Numbered from the stretch's first letter, positions 40,000 through 54,832 are shown. The stretch is DNA of 64,000 bases from Cenococcum geophilum (GCA_050273025.1 CP158636.1:6944001-7008000); one strand, 5' to 3'. The notes: generated by a model from the sequence alone, not told the origin. Translations and numbers: made by a program.

Positions 40000-42000
40000 C
40001 CGCCCACCACTATAAAAAGCAGTATCTTTACAATATACCTCCGGCTCTTAATAATTGCGTATTAGTTTAAAATACTCTCCTATATACCTAATCCGTACCT
40101 CACTATATAAATAATTGCGTGCTAGTTTAAAATACTCTCCTACGCGCCTAATCTAAACCTTATTACGTAAATAACTAATATTTAGCTTTATATTCTCCTT
40201 AGTAAGCCGTATTTACCTAAACCCTAATATAGCTTCGTCTACGAAATAAGTAACTTCCCTTTAATATAGAGTATACTAATCTAGTGTTTAATCTAAAGGG
40301 GACCTAAATAGTACTAGGGAAAGTAAGGATAAGTTAGACCATAATAATTTTAACCTAACTGCCGCAATACGGGCAAGAGAAGAGTACCTCTAGATATTAT
40401 AACGGCGACGTATAAAAGAAAACCCACCTAAGAGACATAAGCCCATATTTACGCTTTATAGGTCTATTTTACTAGTAAGGCTAGTAACTAACTCTAGGAC
40501 TTATAACGGGTATTTTATTAACCTATAGTTTAACTGCTTTCTAGGCCTTATTAAGGATATAATAAAAAAGGTATAGTTAGAAGCTATTTTAAAGCAGCCG
40601 AAAGTAGTATAAAAAAAAGCTAATTATATTCCTAACCCGGTGTCCGCTTATAAGGTATCTATATACTAAAAATATTATATTAAATTATCTACTAATAATC
40701 TTAATATTATATATAGCTATTTAACGTAATAGGGAACTTTAGGAACTACGCGATTATAAAGGCTTATATAGTTATAAGGGAGGTATATAGGCTAGGGTTT
40801 AATAACGCGCCTAAACTAATTGTGGAACTACTAACTAATTATAATTTTATTGCGCTGGATTACATAAAGGTATTTTACCCGTGCTATTTAGTAAAATGCT
40901 AATAAGAGTTAATAGCTAAGTAATAACCGCTTCCGTTTTAACGCGATAGTTGCTAGCATAGTTAATATATTTTATGGTAGAGGAAGAAACAGCCTTGCCT
41001 AATTACCCTACTCTTATAATATGTTTAAAAAGCTTACTGGCAATACTATTACTTTCGTTTTAATAGCAATATATTATGCAATTAGGGAGTATAGAACTGG
41101 GTTTAAGGAAACAGACAACTTTTATAGCACTGTTATTAGCGGTTAGTATATATCCGGTATTTTACTACCTATTATTATTCTCTAACCTGTTATAGAAGCC
41201 TATACTAACCTTTTAGGCAGCTAGAACTAGATATCTAGAAAACGGTAATCTAGAATCTAGCTGCGGCTTTAGCCCGTAGTTATTAAATATACTATAGGCC
41301 TAATACCGGATTAATTAACTATAGAAATTATTGAGGACCTATATAAAGATAACCTTAACAACCTTATAGCGGATCTAAGTAATAACGTAAAAGAGAGGTT
41401 CCTTATAAGCCTTAGCGATAATAAAACTGACGCGATTATTAACTTAGGCTATTTATTGGTAAGCCGGGCTATACTATCTAATCTACCAAGTCTGTCTTAA
41501 AGGGAGAGCTCTAGAGTAGGCCAAACTAGTCTACTAAGTTTATCCTAAATAGAGAGCTCTAGAGTAGGCCAGACTAGTCTACCAAGTCTGTCTTAAAGGG
41601 AGAGCCCTAGAGTAAGCTAGAAAATCTAGGGCCCTACTACTACTATAATATTTACTAATTTAACTTTTGGAACTAGCTAAGTTTATTAGATTTAGCAGAA
41701 TATATATCCTCCGCCTTAATGTACTACTTTATCCTAAATACAGGAACTAGTAAGCCTAGGCTAGAAAGGTTTAAATCTAATAAGTTATTTATATAATTTA
41801 AGCAGTACTATAGCCTTATAGAGGACAGCTATGGCTAGTATAGTAACGGAAAAGCAATATTAAATTTAATTAAGAATAAGGAGTAGTATATAAAGTTTAT
41901 AATATATACTTTAGACTCTAGTATAGAGGAGCCGGTAGAGTTTTTAGTAGGAGATTAGGTGTAGGACTTTCTATACTCTCCTATAGGATAACTACGGCTT
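40000..42000 (+). pseudogene. RIP-degraded cargo ORF(s) with internal 60-bp and 48-bp repeats, unknown function
   Basis: Coding-like frames; repeats at ~40050-40170 and ~41480-41620; no recognised domain. Confidence 0.35.
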
Positions 42001-42346
42001 CTTTATTATATATACTAGCTCTTAATCTACCTTTCTTTTAGCTTATATCTGCTACTCTTAGTAGCTACTTTTTAGCTATATATATATGCTATACTAGTAA
42101 AGCTAAATACTTATACTATATTATTGTCGCAGGGAGAGTAGAAAAGGTCTTATACTTTTAGAATATATTATAAAATAGTTAGGATATTATATTAAATTGT
42201 CTAAAATAATATAATAGATTGTATAAAGAAGTATATATAATTTGCCTTGCTAGCCTTATAAATAGCTTTAAAGTAGCCTTTGTTTATTATCTAAAATATA
42301 CTATTAGTATAAAAGAGGTAGATGGCTCTAAATATAATTATAGTTA

Positions 42347-42485
42347 TAGGTTGCGTGTAGGTTGCGCGTAGGTTACGCGTAGGTTGCGCGTAGGCTGCGC
42401 GCAGGCTGCGTATTAAAAAAACACGATATAGGCTAGTCGGTCGAGTTGCTAAATGCCCTTAACTGCGCGCCAATTGCGTTAACCA
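42347..42485 (-). repeat. Right subterminal array (TAGGTTGCGCG)n plus inverted copies of left-end motifs
   Basis: GTCGGTCGAGTTGC (42436-42449) has reverse complement GCAACTCGACCGAC, which matches GCAACTTAACCAAC (22707-22720) by transitions only. Confidence 0.75.
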
Positions 42486-42528
42486 CTAACCATTGAGGCC
42501 ATTAGTAGGGTATTATATTTTGCCGATG

Positions 42529-43900
42529 TGGATATATACCTCCCAGGGGATTCCGTTACAATTACCTCCCCTTTTAGGGTCTTAGTCCTTTAAGACTTCG
42601 CCTCTACTAAGCTTTTATAAAGTTCCGGCTAAAACCACTAGGGAAACCCTTAGTAGAAAGGTACTTTATAATACGACTTATTACTAGCTCTTTACTAGCG
42701 CGGAACTTTACTTTATCTTTTATTCCTCTACTCTTCTCCTACCCTAGCTTCTTATAGTACTTTTATAATAGGATTTCAATAATAATAATAAAAATTTATT
42801 GGGATTTACCTCTCTAATTTTAGGAATTTATTATAAATAGATCTAGAAGTTGCCTAGTATAACGCGTTAACTAACCACTATCCCCATTTACCTAAATAGG
42901 CTTTAATAATAACGTCTTTTATTTTAATTTCTTTCTATTTATATATCGTCGTCTTTTACTCGTCCTTCTATTAATAATACTATTCGTCTCGTTCTTAAAT
43001 AGGCTGTTTTTATTATATCTCGCCTTTTAGCTTCTATATCTTTAGCTATACTTCCATTACTACCTTATTATCCTTTCTTAACGCGTTTATAAGTAATAGG
43101 ATCCCCACCTTATCTCTTATAACGATGCTAACTTCTTAAAGTATTCTCTTATAATAGCTTATAGTCCTTCTACGCGTCCCTAAACCGGCAGCAGTATTAT
43201 TTCTCTCCTAGTAACGCCCTAGATAGCATCTATTACTCCTATAGCAGTTTCCCTAAAATACTATCGTTGCTACGTTTATACTCTTATATAGGATCCTTCC
43301 TACGTCTATAAAATGCCTTACTCCAGCAAAAATAAATCTAAGTACTCCTATTATTGTAGTAGGAGAAAGACCTACGTCCTAGTATTCCTATTCCGTCCTA
43401 TTCTAGATTTCGCTAATTATATTAAATCCCCGCTATCTATATATATAAGACTTATAGGCTCTAACGCGCTATTTAAGATTTCTACTAATATCCTAATAGT
43501 AACAGGCGGGGATAAAAGGTATTTTCCCTCGCTTATAGACTCTTTAATTTAATAAGGGTTTCCATTACTATAAAGACGCAATAATCTTAGATATATAATA
43601 TCTAGGAGCGTATATATAAATAGCTTACCCTTATTAATAATAACATTCGTACTCTTTTACGGGCTATTTTAGCTAGGTAAGTTTCTCTAATAACTCGCTT
43701 AGGAACTATACTAACTCCTTTAGCTAACGTCTCTCTAATCCCTACTTAGACGCCAATTTAGAACCTAGGGATACTAAGAATAGCAATAAAGGTTAAGATA
43801 AACGTTCTCCTCGCCAGTCTCCTACCCGTACTAGTCCTTCCAGTACCCATTATTTTAAGAAGAATATTAGTAGAAATGCTAATACTTCTAAGGATAGAGG
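42529..43900 (-). pseudogene. RIP-degraded unknown gene interrupted by the Plavaka element; continues at 22577 leftwards
   Basis: The joined flanks read ...EGEVIVTESPWEVYIQ(R)DGRRFYLHPIHILED... in one frame. Confidence 0.45.
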
Positions 43901-43929
43901 AGCTAATAATACTGTATAATTATAGCACC

Positions 43930-46900
43930 TGTTATACTAACTGCGTGCTTACGCGTTCGGTACACCAGGTACGCGTTTACGCGTTTAGTACACCAACCAC
44001 TCGCTTACGCGTCTAGTGCACTTATAAAGCACTAACTAATTAGGGGGGAGGTGCATCAGTATATAGACCACGTAGTCTGCTTCATATAATTGACAGTTAC
44101 CACTATCCTAAAGAGTATACGATACTATACGTATTTCGTGCCCCTGGATACAACTTACTTATACTATTAAGTTAGTACGAATACTAATTAGTAAGCGCGC
44201 ACAGATTAGCAATTACTTAACACCTCCCCCTAAGCGATATATACGATAGCGACCACCTATTTAGACTCCTAGTACAACCTGCTAGAAGGTTGGAAGTTAG
44301 GGATTATAGACCTATTACCAACTCTATATACTTATTTAAGTCTTAATACAGTTTACTAAAAGTATAATAGACGCGAATATAGACCTGTACGGAACCCCTA
44401 CCCTTAACCTCCTTTAAACCTTAAACCCCTATTCCTACTACACCTCCCCTAATACCTTTAACCTCTCTTAGACCCTTTACGGAGACCCCTTACCCTTCTA
44501 TAAACTACTACGGACCTATTAAAACCCCTTACAGACACCCTTACCCTTCTACAAACCGTTACGGATATTAACCGCCTTTACGGACCACTACAAGACCTCT
44601 TTCACCCACTATGTACTATACTACACTATATAGTATGGCAGACCTAAGGAAGTAAGTCAATAAAGGCTAGGAAAAGTAGAGGTAGGGAGCCGACCTTACG
44701 TCTATACCTAACGTTAACAACTATATTAAATTTAAAGTTCTTAAATAGAAATATTTTAAGCTTATAAACGTCGACCTATAGGAGCAATACTAGGAAGACT
44801 TCGCGGACTTTACGGAAGCTATCTTTAAAGCATACAACCCTACTATTATCCGTAACCTACGGACCCTCTTATATAACTAAGGTGTATAGGTTAAAAGGAA
44901 TAAATAAGTTACTATTATATAGTCCTTATACAATACAATATATAAGAAGGACTAAACGGAATAGACTAAAGAGGAAATCCTAGACCAGTTCTAAGAAATT
45001 AAGGAACTCTTTACTTCTTCCAAACTTAATATAATCGCTAGCCTTATACCTAACCCACTTAACCGAATTCGTCCTATAAACCTAAGTAGTTTTAGAATTA
45101 ATCTTATAGACTAAAGCATACCTAGTACTTAAGTTACGGACCGCAATACCCCTGTAATCTAAATTACGGACTATAATACCCCCGCAAATCAAATTACGGA
45201 CTAAACCCCTTCCGTTATTTAAGTTACAGATCCGTAAACTACCTAAGTAAAGACCTATGGTAAGGAACTAGCTAACCTAGCTAAGCTCTATACTAACGAA
45301 TCTAAGTATAGCGGTAAAAATAACAACTTTAACTTTAAACTAACTATCTTTACGGACCTTTACTAGAAGGCTAACATTCCTAAATAAGAGTTTAGACAAG
45401 CCTACTCTACCATACTACGCGGCCTAGCACTTAACTACTACTACACCAACCTTAAAAGCAACCCCCTTAGTATTCCCTTTAATAAGCTATATAAAGCTAC
45501 CTATAACTACTTTAAAGGACCGGAATATAAGCGTAATATCTTTACCTAATAGAATGCGACTAAGCTACGGACCGTAATTAATAAGAATACCAAAAAATCA
45601 ACTATAGAGTGCCTGTAAATCCTTATTAAAGACCTCCGGCACCTATAGCACGGCCTTAACGCTAAGCTTCAAACAGACAACTTCCTGTATAATAAACTTA
45701 TTACAGCCTACTAGGAAGTAGAGCCCTGTAAGTACGCCTGCTACAAGCCTATAGATACCTTAACTAGCCTTATTAATAATCTACGCTCCTCTATTATAAT
45801 GTACGAAGTTTTAAACCCGCTAAGTAGTACTTAGGCCTTCGTTACGGATCTATAAAACCCACAAACTAACTTAGATGCCTACTTTACGGACTGCCGCTAC
45901 CGCTAGCAGTACCCGTACCAACTAAGTCCTACCTATAACCCCCGCAGCAACTCCTGTATAAAAATATACCCCTACAAACAAACTAGCCAGAAGTGCTTTA
46001 TATACGGTAAGGGAGGATATTAGTTTATAAGGTATACCTAGGAAGAACGCAATAAGTCTAAGAAGAGATTTAACAGATAGATTAACTAGTTTATCTTAGA
46101 CTATAAAGGAAAGGAAGTAGAAGAGTCTCTTAACGAGTTAATAGAAGCCCTTATAATTAACTTTAACTTAAATACTTAGGAACAGGAGACCTTAGAGACG
46201 TTCTTAACTACTTTTAGACCTTTTATAGATAGTTAAGCCTTTAATATTACGACTGTATTAGCCAACCGCTCCTTTATATACTTAATTGCACCCAAAAACT
46301 AGCCCGTAAGTATACCTATTAGACCTATTACGGACATTATAAACCGCGAATAGGACCTATTTGCATATATTACTATAAAACGCTATACCCCTAAAGAATT
46401 CTATAGCGTTATAATTGATATAGGTGCCTTTAAGAAGTCTACTATAGGTTATGGATAATATCTTGCATATAGGACCACCGCAAATAATAATACGGATATT
46501 GATACTATGCAAACTAGGGCCATAAACGTCCAATTTGGCATTAGCTTAACTGCATTAATTAGATTAGTTGCAGTTAAGACCCTAATTGGCCTAGTTAACT
46601 TCCATATAGTAAAAGCAAACACCCCTTTCCTACTTTACTTTACGGATATAGATAGGTTATAGGTTTACTATAATAATATTACAGACACCTTAATTACCCC
46701 CGTAACTACCCCAGGAAGTAAGTATATTACCCTACTAATTATATAATGATTTGGATACCCGTTTCTTATATAGGGAGAGACTTTACAGACCTATATTTAG
46801 GAATCTTTTGACTATAACCCGTACTACCTTACTAGTACGGAAATCCACCGCCTATACCGCCGTTTTGGCTACCTATTAGCCGAAAAGCTGTATAGAGTCC

Positions 46901-49817
46901 TTAAACGCTCTAGATATAACAATATTAACAGGAAGGTAATTAACCACCTAACTAAATACCGCTCCTTCTACTAGAAATACGGACGTTCCCTAGGCTGATT
47001 TAAGTTTACTCTTTATAAAGACCTTAATTTCAACCACTTAGTGTACGTAGATATTATATATATTAACGGCAGCCTAATATTATACATAATTAATGAGGTA
47101 ACCCGCTATTAAGCCGCCTGTTAGTTGCAAAATATATCTATAAAATACATTTAGGATATTTTACGGACCTGCTAAATTAATATATATATTAGACCCCCTA
47201 AGTACATTACCTATAACGCTAGTAGGAACTTTATTAGTAAGGAATTCCAATAGTACGCTATGGCCATAGCTATTTTAATAAAAGCCGTTCTAGTTAAGGC
47301 GCATTAGTCTATTAGGCTTATTAAGCGAGCTTACCTAGCTCTATAGAGAGCTTATTAGATTATTATAGACAAGTATAAGAATATCTAAAAGGAACTGGCT
47401 TTACAGATGGCCGTAAAAGCCGTTAATAATACCGCTGGCCCTAACGGACTAGTACCTACCCTTTTAGTTTACGGAGCCTACCTAAGGATAAGCAACCTAG
47501 GCCCTCCTGCCCCGTCTATTATAGAACAAGCAGCTATAATACGGAAGGTAATAGCTGAAATAGTTAAATTACAGGCTAAATAAACTGTTAATAATGCTTA
47601 GCACTACCGTAATGGACTTAATATAACCTTAGTATATAACCTCCCGCTTAATTCTAAAGTCCTTATATAGCGTAAGAGCGGCAATTAGACTGGACCTTAT
47701 TGTTTACTGGCCGTAGAAGACGAGACCTACTATATATAACTCCCTAGCGGACTAATAAGCTTTAAAATCATGTCCGTAAAACTCTATTTTCGGTCTAAAA
47801 ACACCTATAACATTAAGCTAGACAAACTAGAAGCACCCGCCAAATTAGATAAACTAGAAGCACCCTTGCCTACCCTAAAGGTCCCCTAGAAACCTACTAA
47901 ACCTACTAAACCTGTTGTAAAGTATAGCTAAGGACGCCCCCGTAAGAACCCCGTAATAGAGAATTACTTAACCTCTATAGGCATATCCGTAAAGCAATCT
48001 CCGCTTATAGATATATTAGTTCTAGTATAGGAAACCCCTTTTACGGACTTACGACGTAAAGAGATTAACGGACTACTTAAGAAGGGCGCCTTTACGGTTA
48101 TAATAGAGAGAGATATTCCGTAAGGCGTCCGTATATTTAACTTACGCTTTATTAATAAAATTAAGCACCCTAGTACTAATAAAGCCTTTAAGAAATTAAG
48201 GCTTATTATATAAGCTTATAACGATAAGGGAAAGGACTTAGTCCTTACGCAATTACCTACAATTTAATGGGTCAGTTAATGGATTATATTTGTACTTACG
48301 CCTAAACTGCAGTAAACTAAGCCTATAGCCCTCTATTTACGGGATATCTTATAAGCCTATATGTAGTCTAATACCTACCTAAGTAAAGACATCTTTATAC
48401 GACTACCCTATAAGCTTAACCTATAACTAGGAACAATTTTATGGGTTATAAAACCTCTTTACGGAGTACTAGAAGCCGGAAACCATTGGTTTAAGATATA
48501 CCACTAGCACCACGTTAGTAAGCTTAAAATGGAATAGTTAACCTATAACCCCTGCCTCCTATATAGCCCATTAAACGGCCTTAGTATTATTAGACTCTAA
48601 ATAAATAATACCCTATTCCTAGTAGACTAGACCTTTATAGACACTAAAGAAACTAAACTATAAAAGGATAAGTTCTTAGTAAAGTTATAAAAGTAGTTAA
48701 CTAAATAGAATCTAATTAAGTTTAATAGAGGCCTAATTATACAAAAGGGTAACCTAATTAAGCTAACTTAGGAACGCTAAGCTTAAAACCTAAAGCCTAT
48801 TATAGTAAAGCCTACAGACCTTACTAGTTCCCACGAAGAGACCTATAAGACCGTAAATATAAAGGACTAATACGCTATATAGCGTGTAAGAGGTACCTAT
48901 ATTACTATAGTCTGTTAACCTAAATTTACCTATAATTTATCCTTTACGGCCTAGGTAATAGACCTATAAGAGGAAAATATTAAACAGCTTAATAAGCGCA
49001 TTTAGTAGCAAATTAATAATGCGGCAAAGGGACTTACTTTTATACCACTAGACCTAAATTCCCTTAGCCTACTAGCATTTATAAACGCCTCCTTTACTAA
49101 TAATAAAGACTTATTATTATAAATCGGCTTTATAATTATACTTACAGACCGTAATTAGGACGTAAATATACTATACTAGTCTTTAATTAAGTATAAATAA
49201 GTAACCCGCAGTGTACTAGCTTCTAAACTATATATATTAGCTTATAGATTTAATATAGCAGCCGCAATTAAATTAACGGTCTAGAAGATTCTATAACTAA
49301 AGCAGCTACCCCTGGTTTTATACACTAATTTAAAGTCCCTTTATAACTGCCTAGTTAAACTAGGTATAATATAAGAGAAGAGGCTTATAGTCAACCTAAT
49401 ATACTTATATTAGGCCTATAAACAACGTAAGATTATAAAAGTTAAATGGATTAGTAGCGGAGATAACCTAGTAGACGCTATAACTAAGGCAAAGCCATAT
49501 TAAGCCCTTAAAACCTTAATTAATATAAATAAGCTTAACCTAAAAGTTATAAAATGGGTAGAATGGGACTAATAAAGTACCTATAGTACGCCTAAGGCCT
49601 ATTAAAAGGCCGTATAGCTTATTATACGGCCTATTTAACAGACGATAAGCTATTAGGTAGAAAATGGTAGAAAGCTATAATGGAACTTAGTGGACTTACA
49701 TAACCTGCTAAATTCTGCTATATTCTACTATAGTGGTCAAATTAACTAATTACGATTTTCCATACCGGGTACGGAAAATTGCCATTAGCTCGCTTAGCAC
49801 TAGCGCCTTAGCAGCCC
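43930..49817 (+). mobile_element. Copia (GalEa-like) element C; 5' LTR at 43930-44183, 3' LTR not present in this window
   Basis: LTR TGTTATACTAAC...GTTAGTACGAATA followed by CTAATTAGT. gag-pol at ~44630-49572 with IDTGA, GLVPTLLVYGAYP, KPLYGVPEAGNHW and GLQTDD after de-RIP. Confidence 0.88.
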
Positions 49818-50037
49818 TTAAGATCTAACTTATGGCTTATTTACTGCCCGTGCTATTACTCTTGAAGTTTCCGGCTTCTAGGTCGCTGGCGTTACTAAGT
49901 ATCCCTTCGGCTGGTAAATTTAGTCCTACGGTTATCGATAAGAGCCAACCAATAGAATTAATAGGATTAAGGCTCCGTGATGAGAAATATAAGGTCGTAG
50001 AAGCTTGTCAATTTTTATATATAATTGCTATATATAC

Positions 50038-51643
50038 TTAATCTTTAGAGTTAAGTCGCTTAAGATAAGGTAGCTAATACTTATCTCTTCTATAGAACGG
50101 AATTTAATAAATAAAGTAGCTAAATATAGTCCTTAAAGCTCTACGAGGCCTCTTCTAACTCTTACTATTATAAGATCTATAGGTCGTATTTTCTAAGAGC
50201 TTTAAGAGAGCCTTCCTATATCCTCTATACTGCGTTTAAGTTTTTCTACCTACCTTAATATAAGTAGAGCAGAACTTCTGCTTTATAAATAGCTTTATAA
50301 GCTTATAATTATTAATAGGGTACTATAAAATATTACTTATAAAGTTTCTTACTGGCCTCTCTTAATTATATAGCCGTAGGCGAGTTAACTACTTAAAGAG
50401 AGCCTACTAAAGGTTCTTTTAAAACTGCTTATATATATTACGAGTATTATTAAAGAAGGTATAAAAAGAGAGTAGAAAGTAGTTAATAAGAATAATATTA
50501 AGAAGGAAGTGCTATAAAGGCTTCTAAGTCTTTATATAAGGCCGCTAAGTATTATAATAAGATTATCTCTAGTTAGTAAGATTAACCCCTAGTATATAGC
50601 GATTATAGTTGTCTATAAAGGTTAGAATTAATAGATCTTTAATAAAATTATTTCTAAATACCTTATACGTTTATTTAGTAGAGCTAGTAGTAATAAAAGG
50701 ACGCTTTTAAGGGGTAGTAATAAATTTCTATCCTAGTTGTAATATATAACGTTAGCAAAAAATATAACTAAAAAGAAAGGTATAACTCCTACTATCGTTA
50801 ACTGTACTTATAAAAAGGATAACTTAGGCGTCCTTTTAAGCAAATTCTATTACTTATAAGTCCTTTAAGGTAGCTCCGTATAAAATACCCTACAGTAGCT
50901 ATACTATATAGTAAAGCTTAAGGTAAGAGAGTCTCTTATTAATCTATTTAGTAGAAATCTTCTTTTTATTCCCTTTAGCGTTAATTAAAATATCGCCTTT
51001 AAAGTTACCTAAATCCTTACGCTTTATTTTAGCTATTTAAATAGTACCTACGCTTTTAATTCCTAATTGGCGAAGTTTAGTAAGAGGCTTAATACTTATA
51101 AATAGATTATTAAGCTAAATAACGTGGCGCCTAGGGGGGTAGAGAGGCTTATTAGTATCCGCATTATACTAGAAGAGTAGATTAAATATAACTGCCTACA
51201 TCTTTAAAAAGCCTTCCTTCTTTATAAATATAGTATTAAGGTCTACTAGGCCCTTATTATTACCTTTAGCGTACTATAGCCAATTAAGAATGTAGCCTTT
51301 ATTAGCTAGTACCTAAACCTTAAAACCTTCTGGTATTGGCTTTAATAGAATATTAATAATTTTAGAAGTACGTCCTATAAAGCGTTATATTATTTTATTA
51401 ACTATAAGGTAAGTTCTAGGTATATAAAGCTTGCGATATTTTAATTAGAGGTGCTTAGAGAGATTATTAACTCTATTAAATATAGTATAAGGAGTAGAAT
51501 TATTCTTTAGCTAAGACTGCATATATTTAAAGTAGCAATTAAGCTACTAAAATCTTACAAGGCCTATATAGTTTTTAACTATATAGCCTACGCTAGCTAG
51601 CTCTAAATTACCCTAGTAGTTATTACGGACGCTTTAAGTACAA
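50038..51643 (-). pseudogene. piggyBac transposase (DDE_Tnp_1_7), 3' part; 5' part cut off by Gypsy G2
   Basis: De-RIP motifs: LAVDE.MQRFMGR...IPSKPIPEGFKVWVLA.QGY, WLDNLFTS, WKD..VVLFMST, YNRYMLGVDLADQL, and a C-terminal Cys-rich region. Confidence 0.9.
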
Positions 51644-54600
51644 TATTACGACTACTTAGAGAAGAGTTAGAAGAAGCTAGTTAGTTAATATAAGCACGGT
51701 CTAGAATAGAGCCGATAGAGCCATATAACGAGGAATAGTAAATAAGGTCACGTGACGTAATCTATATAATCTATAGGATCTGTATAATCCGTAATAGAGT
51801 AGATAGAGTATACGTATATTACGTATAAGAAGGATTTTATAGGAGTACGGTTATGTATTTAAGGACCCTCAGCCCCTACCTAGATGGTTCCTTCCTTATA
51901 GTAATTCTTAGAATACAATTAAAGTTAATTTATTAGGCAACTACTCCACCAGTTATTATTACGTTGTTAACTTTAATTTGTATTACCTATATACTTAGCC
52001 TATTAACAAACCTACCGTAGTTTCTACTATAAGGTTCCGTTACACAATTACTACCTAATTACGGTATTAAATATAGAAAGTCGAATAATATTCCACTAAA
52101 AGCAGCTACCACAACGCCATTAACGGCGGCAACTACTTTAAGATTAGGAAACGACACTAGTATAGCAGACACTAACTTATAGCAACCTGTAACAGTTAGA
52201 CAGCTATAAGAGATAGTTAACTAGTTAACAGAAAATAACATAACGTTAAAAAATAGGATTAATGGGATAGGAGCAGCGAAGATTAAGTTACTATTAATTA
52301 AGAGATTCTTAGGGGAGAGGTTAAAGCTTAAAGGATTTCTTACGTAAATACACTTTAAAGTTATATAAGAAGGGGTAAAGTTACTAATACCTATAGATTG
52401 AATAGCCTATACGGGACTATTCTTATTAGGAAGAGCACTTAAGTAGTTTAAGCTTTACCTTATAGAGATACAGGCAAACGGAATAATAACTACCAATTAA
52501 GATATATAATTTATGTTCTTAAATTAGGAGGGATTTATAAAGCAACTTATATAAATGTTTAGAGACCTAGAATTAACAATTACGGTAAAAAGGAAACTCT
52601 AAGATATTATATAATAAACCTTAGCAATTAAGTACATAATACAGTTCCAGACGTTAGCGATATAAGTTAAGTAGAATAATAGGGCGCTTATAGCACAGTA
52701 TAACCAAGGACTTAAGGCTAAAGTTTAGGATGTAACTATCCTAATAGAAGATATAGACACCCTAAGGGAGTTAATAGATTAAGTAATTAAGATTAACAAT
52801 CGGATCTACTAAAGGGAATAGGCTAAGAGAGGCTAAAATAGAGTTCTATAGTTATATAAGACGTAGAGTATATAACAACTAAAGCTAAGTTAGAAACTAT
52901 AGTATAGCGCAGAGCTAATAGACCTAAGTAGTACCAAAGAAGCCTATAAGAGATAGAGTAAGAAACTATAAAAACCTAAAGGTTAGGGATCTAGTAATTA
53001 TAGGACTAAGGAGTATAGGCCAAACTAGGGATCTTAGCAGTGGAAGACGTTTAGGCGGACTCTATAGTAAAGTTAGTAGTTTAAAGATAGAGCTTATATA
53101 AATTGCAGGAAATAAGGTTATTTCGCAAGGGATTATAAAGATAGTTAAAGTCACTATATAATAAAGGGAACTATATATAGAGGGACGATAGTGTACTACA
53201 AGAAATAAAAGAATATTTAATTAGAAGTTTCGCGTTTTGTTATAATAACGCATACTGAATTTATAAAGACGCTAAGTATGGCGTAAGCTATTAGCTATAG
53301 GAGCTAAAATCCTTAGAGTATAGGGGAACTAACAAACTATCGCGTAAACTGGATATTAAGAATAACAAGTTTGATATAGGCGAAACATTTATAGATAATA
53401 AGAAAATAAAGGTAGTTTACTAGGAACGTACAAACCTTAAAAAAGTTATATTAGAAGTAGAGACTAAGACCGCTATAGAGTAAGGTTTAGTAATAGGCAT
53501 TATAATACTATTAAATACGGTATCTATTGCTTTATAAGATAAAAGGAAAAGTATCTTATATAGACTAAGTAAGCAGACAACTGCTAGTACTACTTTATTA
53601 CTTAATAAAGGTAAAAGGTTATAGGCTTAAGATTCTTAAGACAAGATAAGAGATAACTAAGATTTTTAAGATAAGATAAGGTAAGCTTAAGGACCTATAA
53701 TGGATAGGAACTAATAGAGCAGAGCAGTAGCTCAGTTTAAAGATATATAAATGAGCTCGGGATAGAGTTTCCTATAGGCATAAGACTCTCAAGATAAAAT
53801 AAGTGAGATTTAAGACTTTTAAGACAAGATAAGAACACTAAGTAAGTTTAGTTAAACTAAGGCTGGAGCAAGGCTTAAAAAAGAAGCAAGCTTAAGATTA
53901 AGAATCCTATAGAACTAAGACTTTAAGGTATAAATAAGGACTATTAATGAGATTAAAGAATCTATAGTATAAACAGTAACTAAACTAGGAGACAGATATA
54001 TAGACCTAGAGGACTTACTAGGAGAATATAGTGTTTAGCCTAAAGATCGGAGAACTGATAGCAAGATTAAGAAGTAAGAAGACTTTAAGGATCTACTTAT
54101 AAGACGTAAAAAAAAAGAAACTATAGAGGAATTTAGAGTAAGAATTGCCTTATAGCAAGAACAGAAACTAGATAAGAGATCTAGCATACTAGGTTGTATA
54201 AGGGATAGAACACCTATATAAAGAATCACTAATAGGCCTAGGATAGGCACACTAAGAGCTAAGTGGCTTACTAAACTAGAATAAGAAGAGGATCTAAAGA
54301 TTTTAACTAGGTTTAAGGAATAACATACTAAAGGCTGTTACGATATAGTAATAAGAAGATACTTCCTTACGGACAAGCCGTATATACTCTAGTAGTTATA
54401 CTAAAAGTGGTATAGGCAAAGGCATAATGATAAGTGGGAAGATTTCTATATATAGTTAGATGAGAAAGTTATCCAAAACCACCTAATTACGGAAAAGGTT
54501 ATAAATCACATTAAAGGAGCCCTAATTATAACATTAAAAGATCTAAAGGAATGTTTAGAGGACTAGAGAAGTAAAAGACGTATCTTAGTACCTATAAATA

Positions 54601-54832
54601 AAGTTATAACATTTAGATCAACATAAGAGAGGTTTAAACTTAAGGATAAAGACGAGTTAAGAGTTAACCTAAGACACTAAGTACACTATATATTAGCATA
54701 GATTATATATGTAGATAATATATATAATATATATAAAGCACCTAAGGATAAGTACTGGAAATACCCTATAAGAATATATTAGTTAGCAGAAGAATAAAGG
54801 TACAGAAATACTAAGTATATATATAGTTGGCA

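Larger units (their letters stand above)
22578..42528 (-). mobile_element. Candidate giant (~20 kb) CMC/Plavaka DNA transposon with multi-gene cargo
   Basis: Imperfect 14-bp TIR: CATTGGGAAAATAT (22578-22591) versus reverse complement CATCGGCAAAATAT (42515-42528). TG on both flanks; subterminal repeat arrays at both ends; Plavaka transposase inside; flanks rejoin as one plausible reading frame. Confidence 0.65.

Noticed and set aside
36900..42000. Possible Starship captain (DUF3435 tyrosine recombinase)
   Set aside because: No convincing catalytic R-H-R-H-Y pattern could be read; an AAGH-like string near 38955 is insufficient.
49818..49821. TTAA as the definite piggyBac terminus
   Set aside because: No recognisable CCY-type TIR follows and the other end is outside the window, so the boundary is left open.
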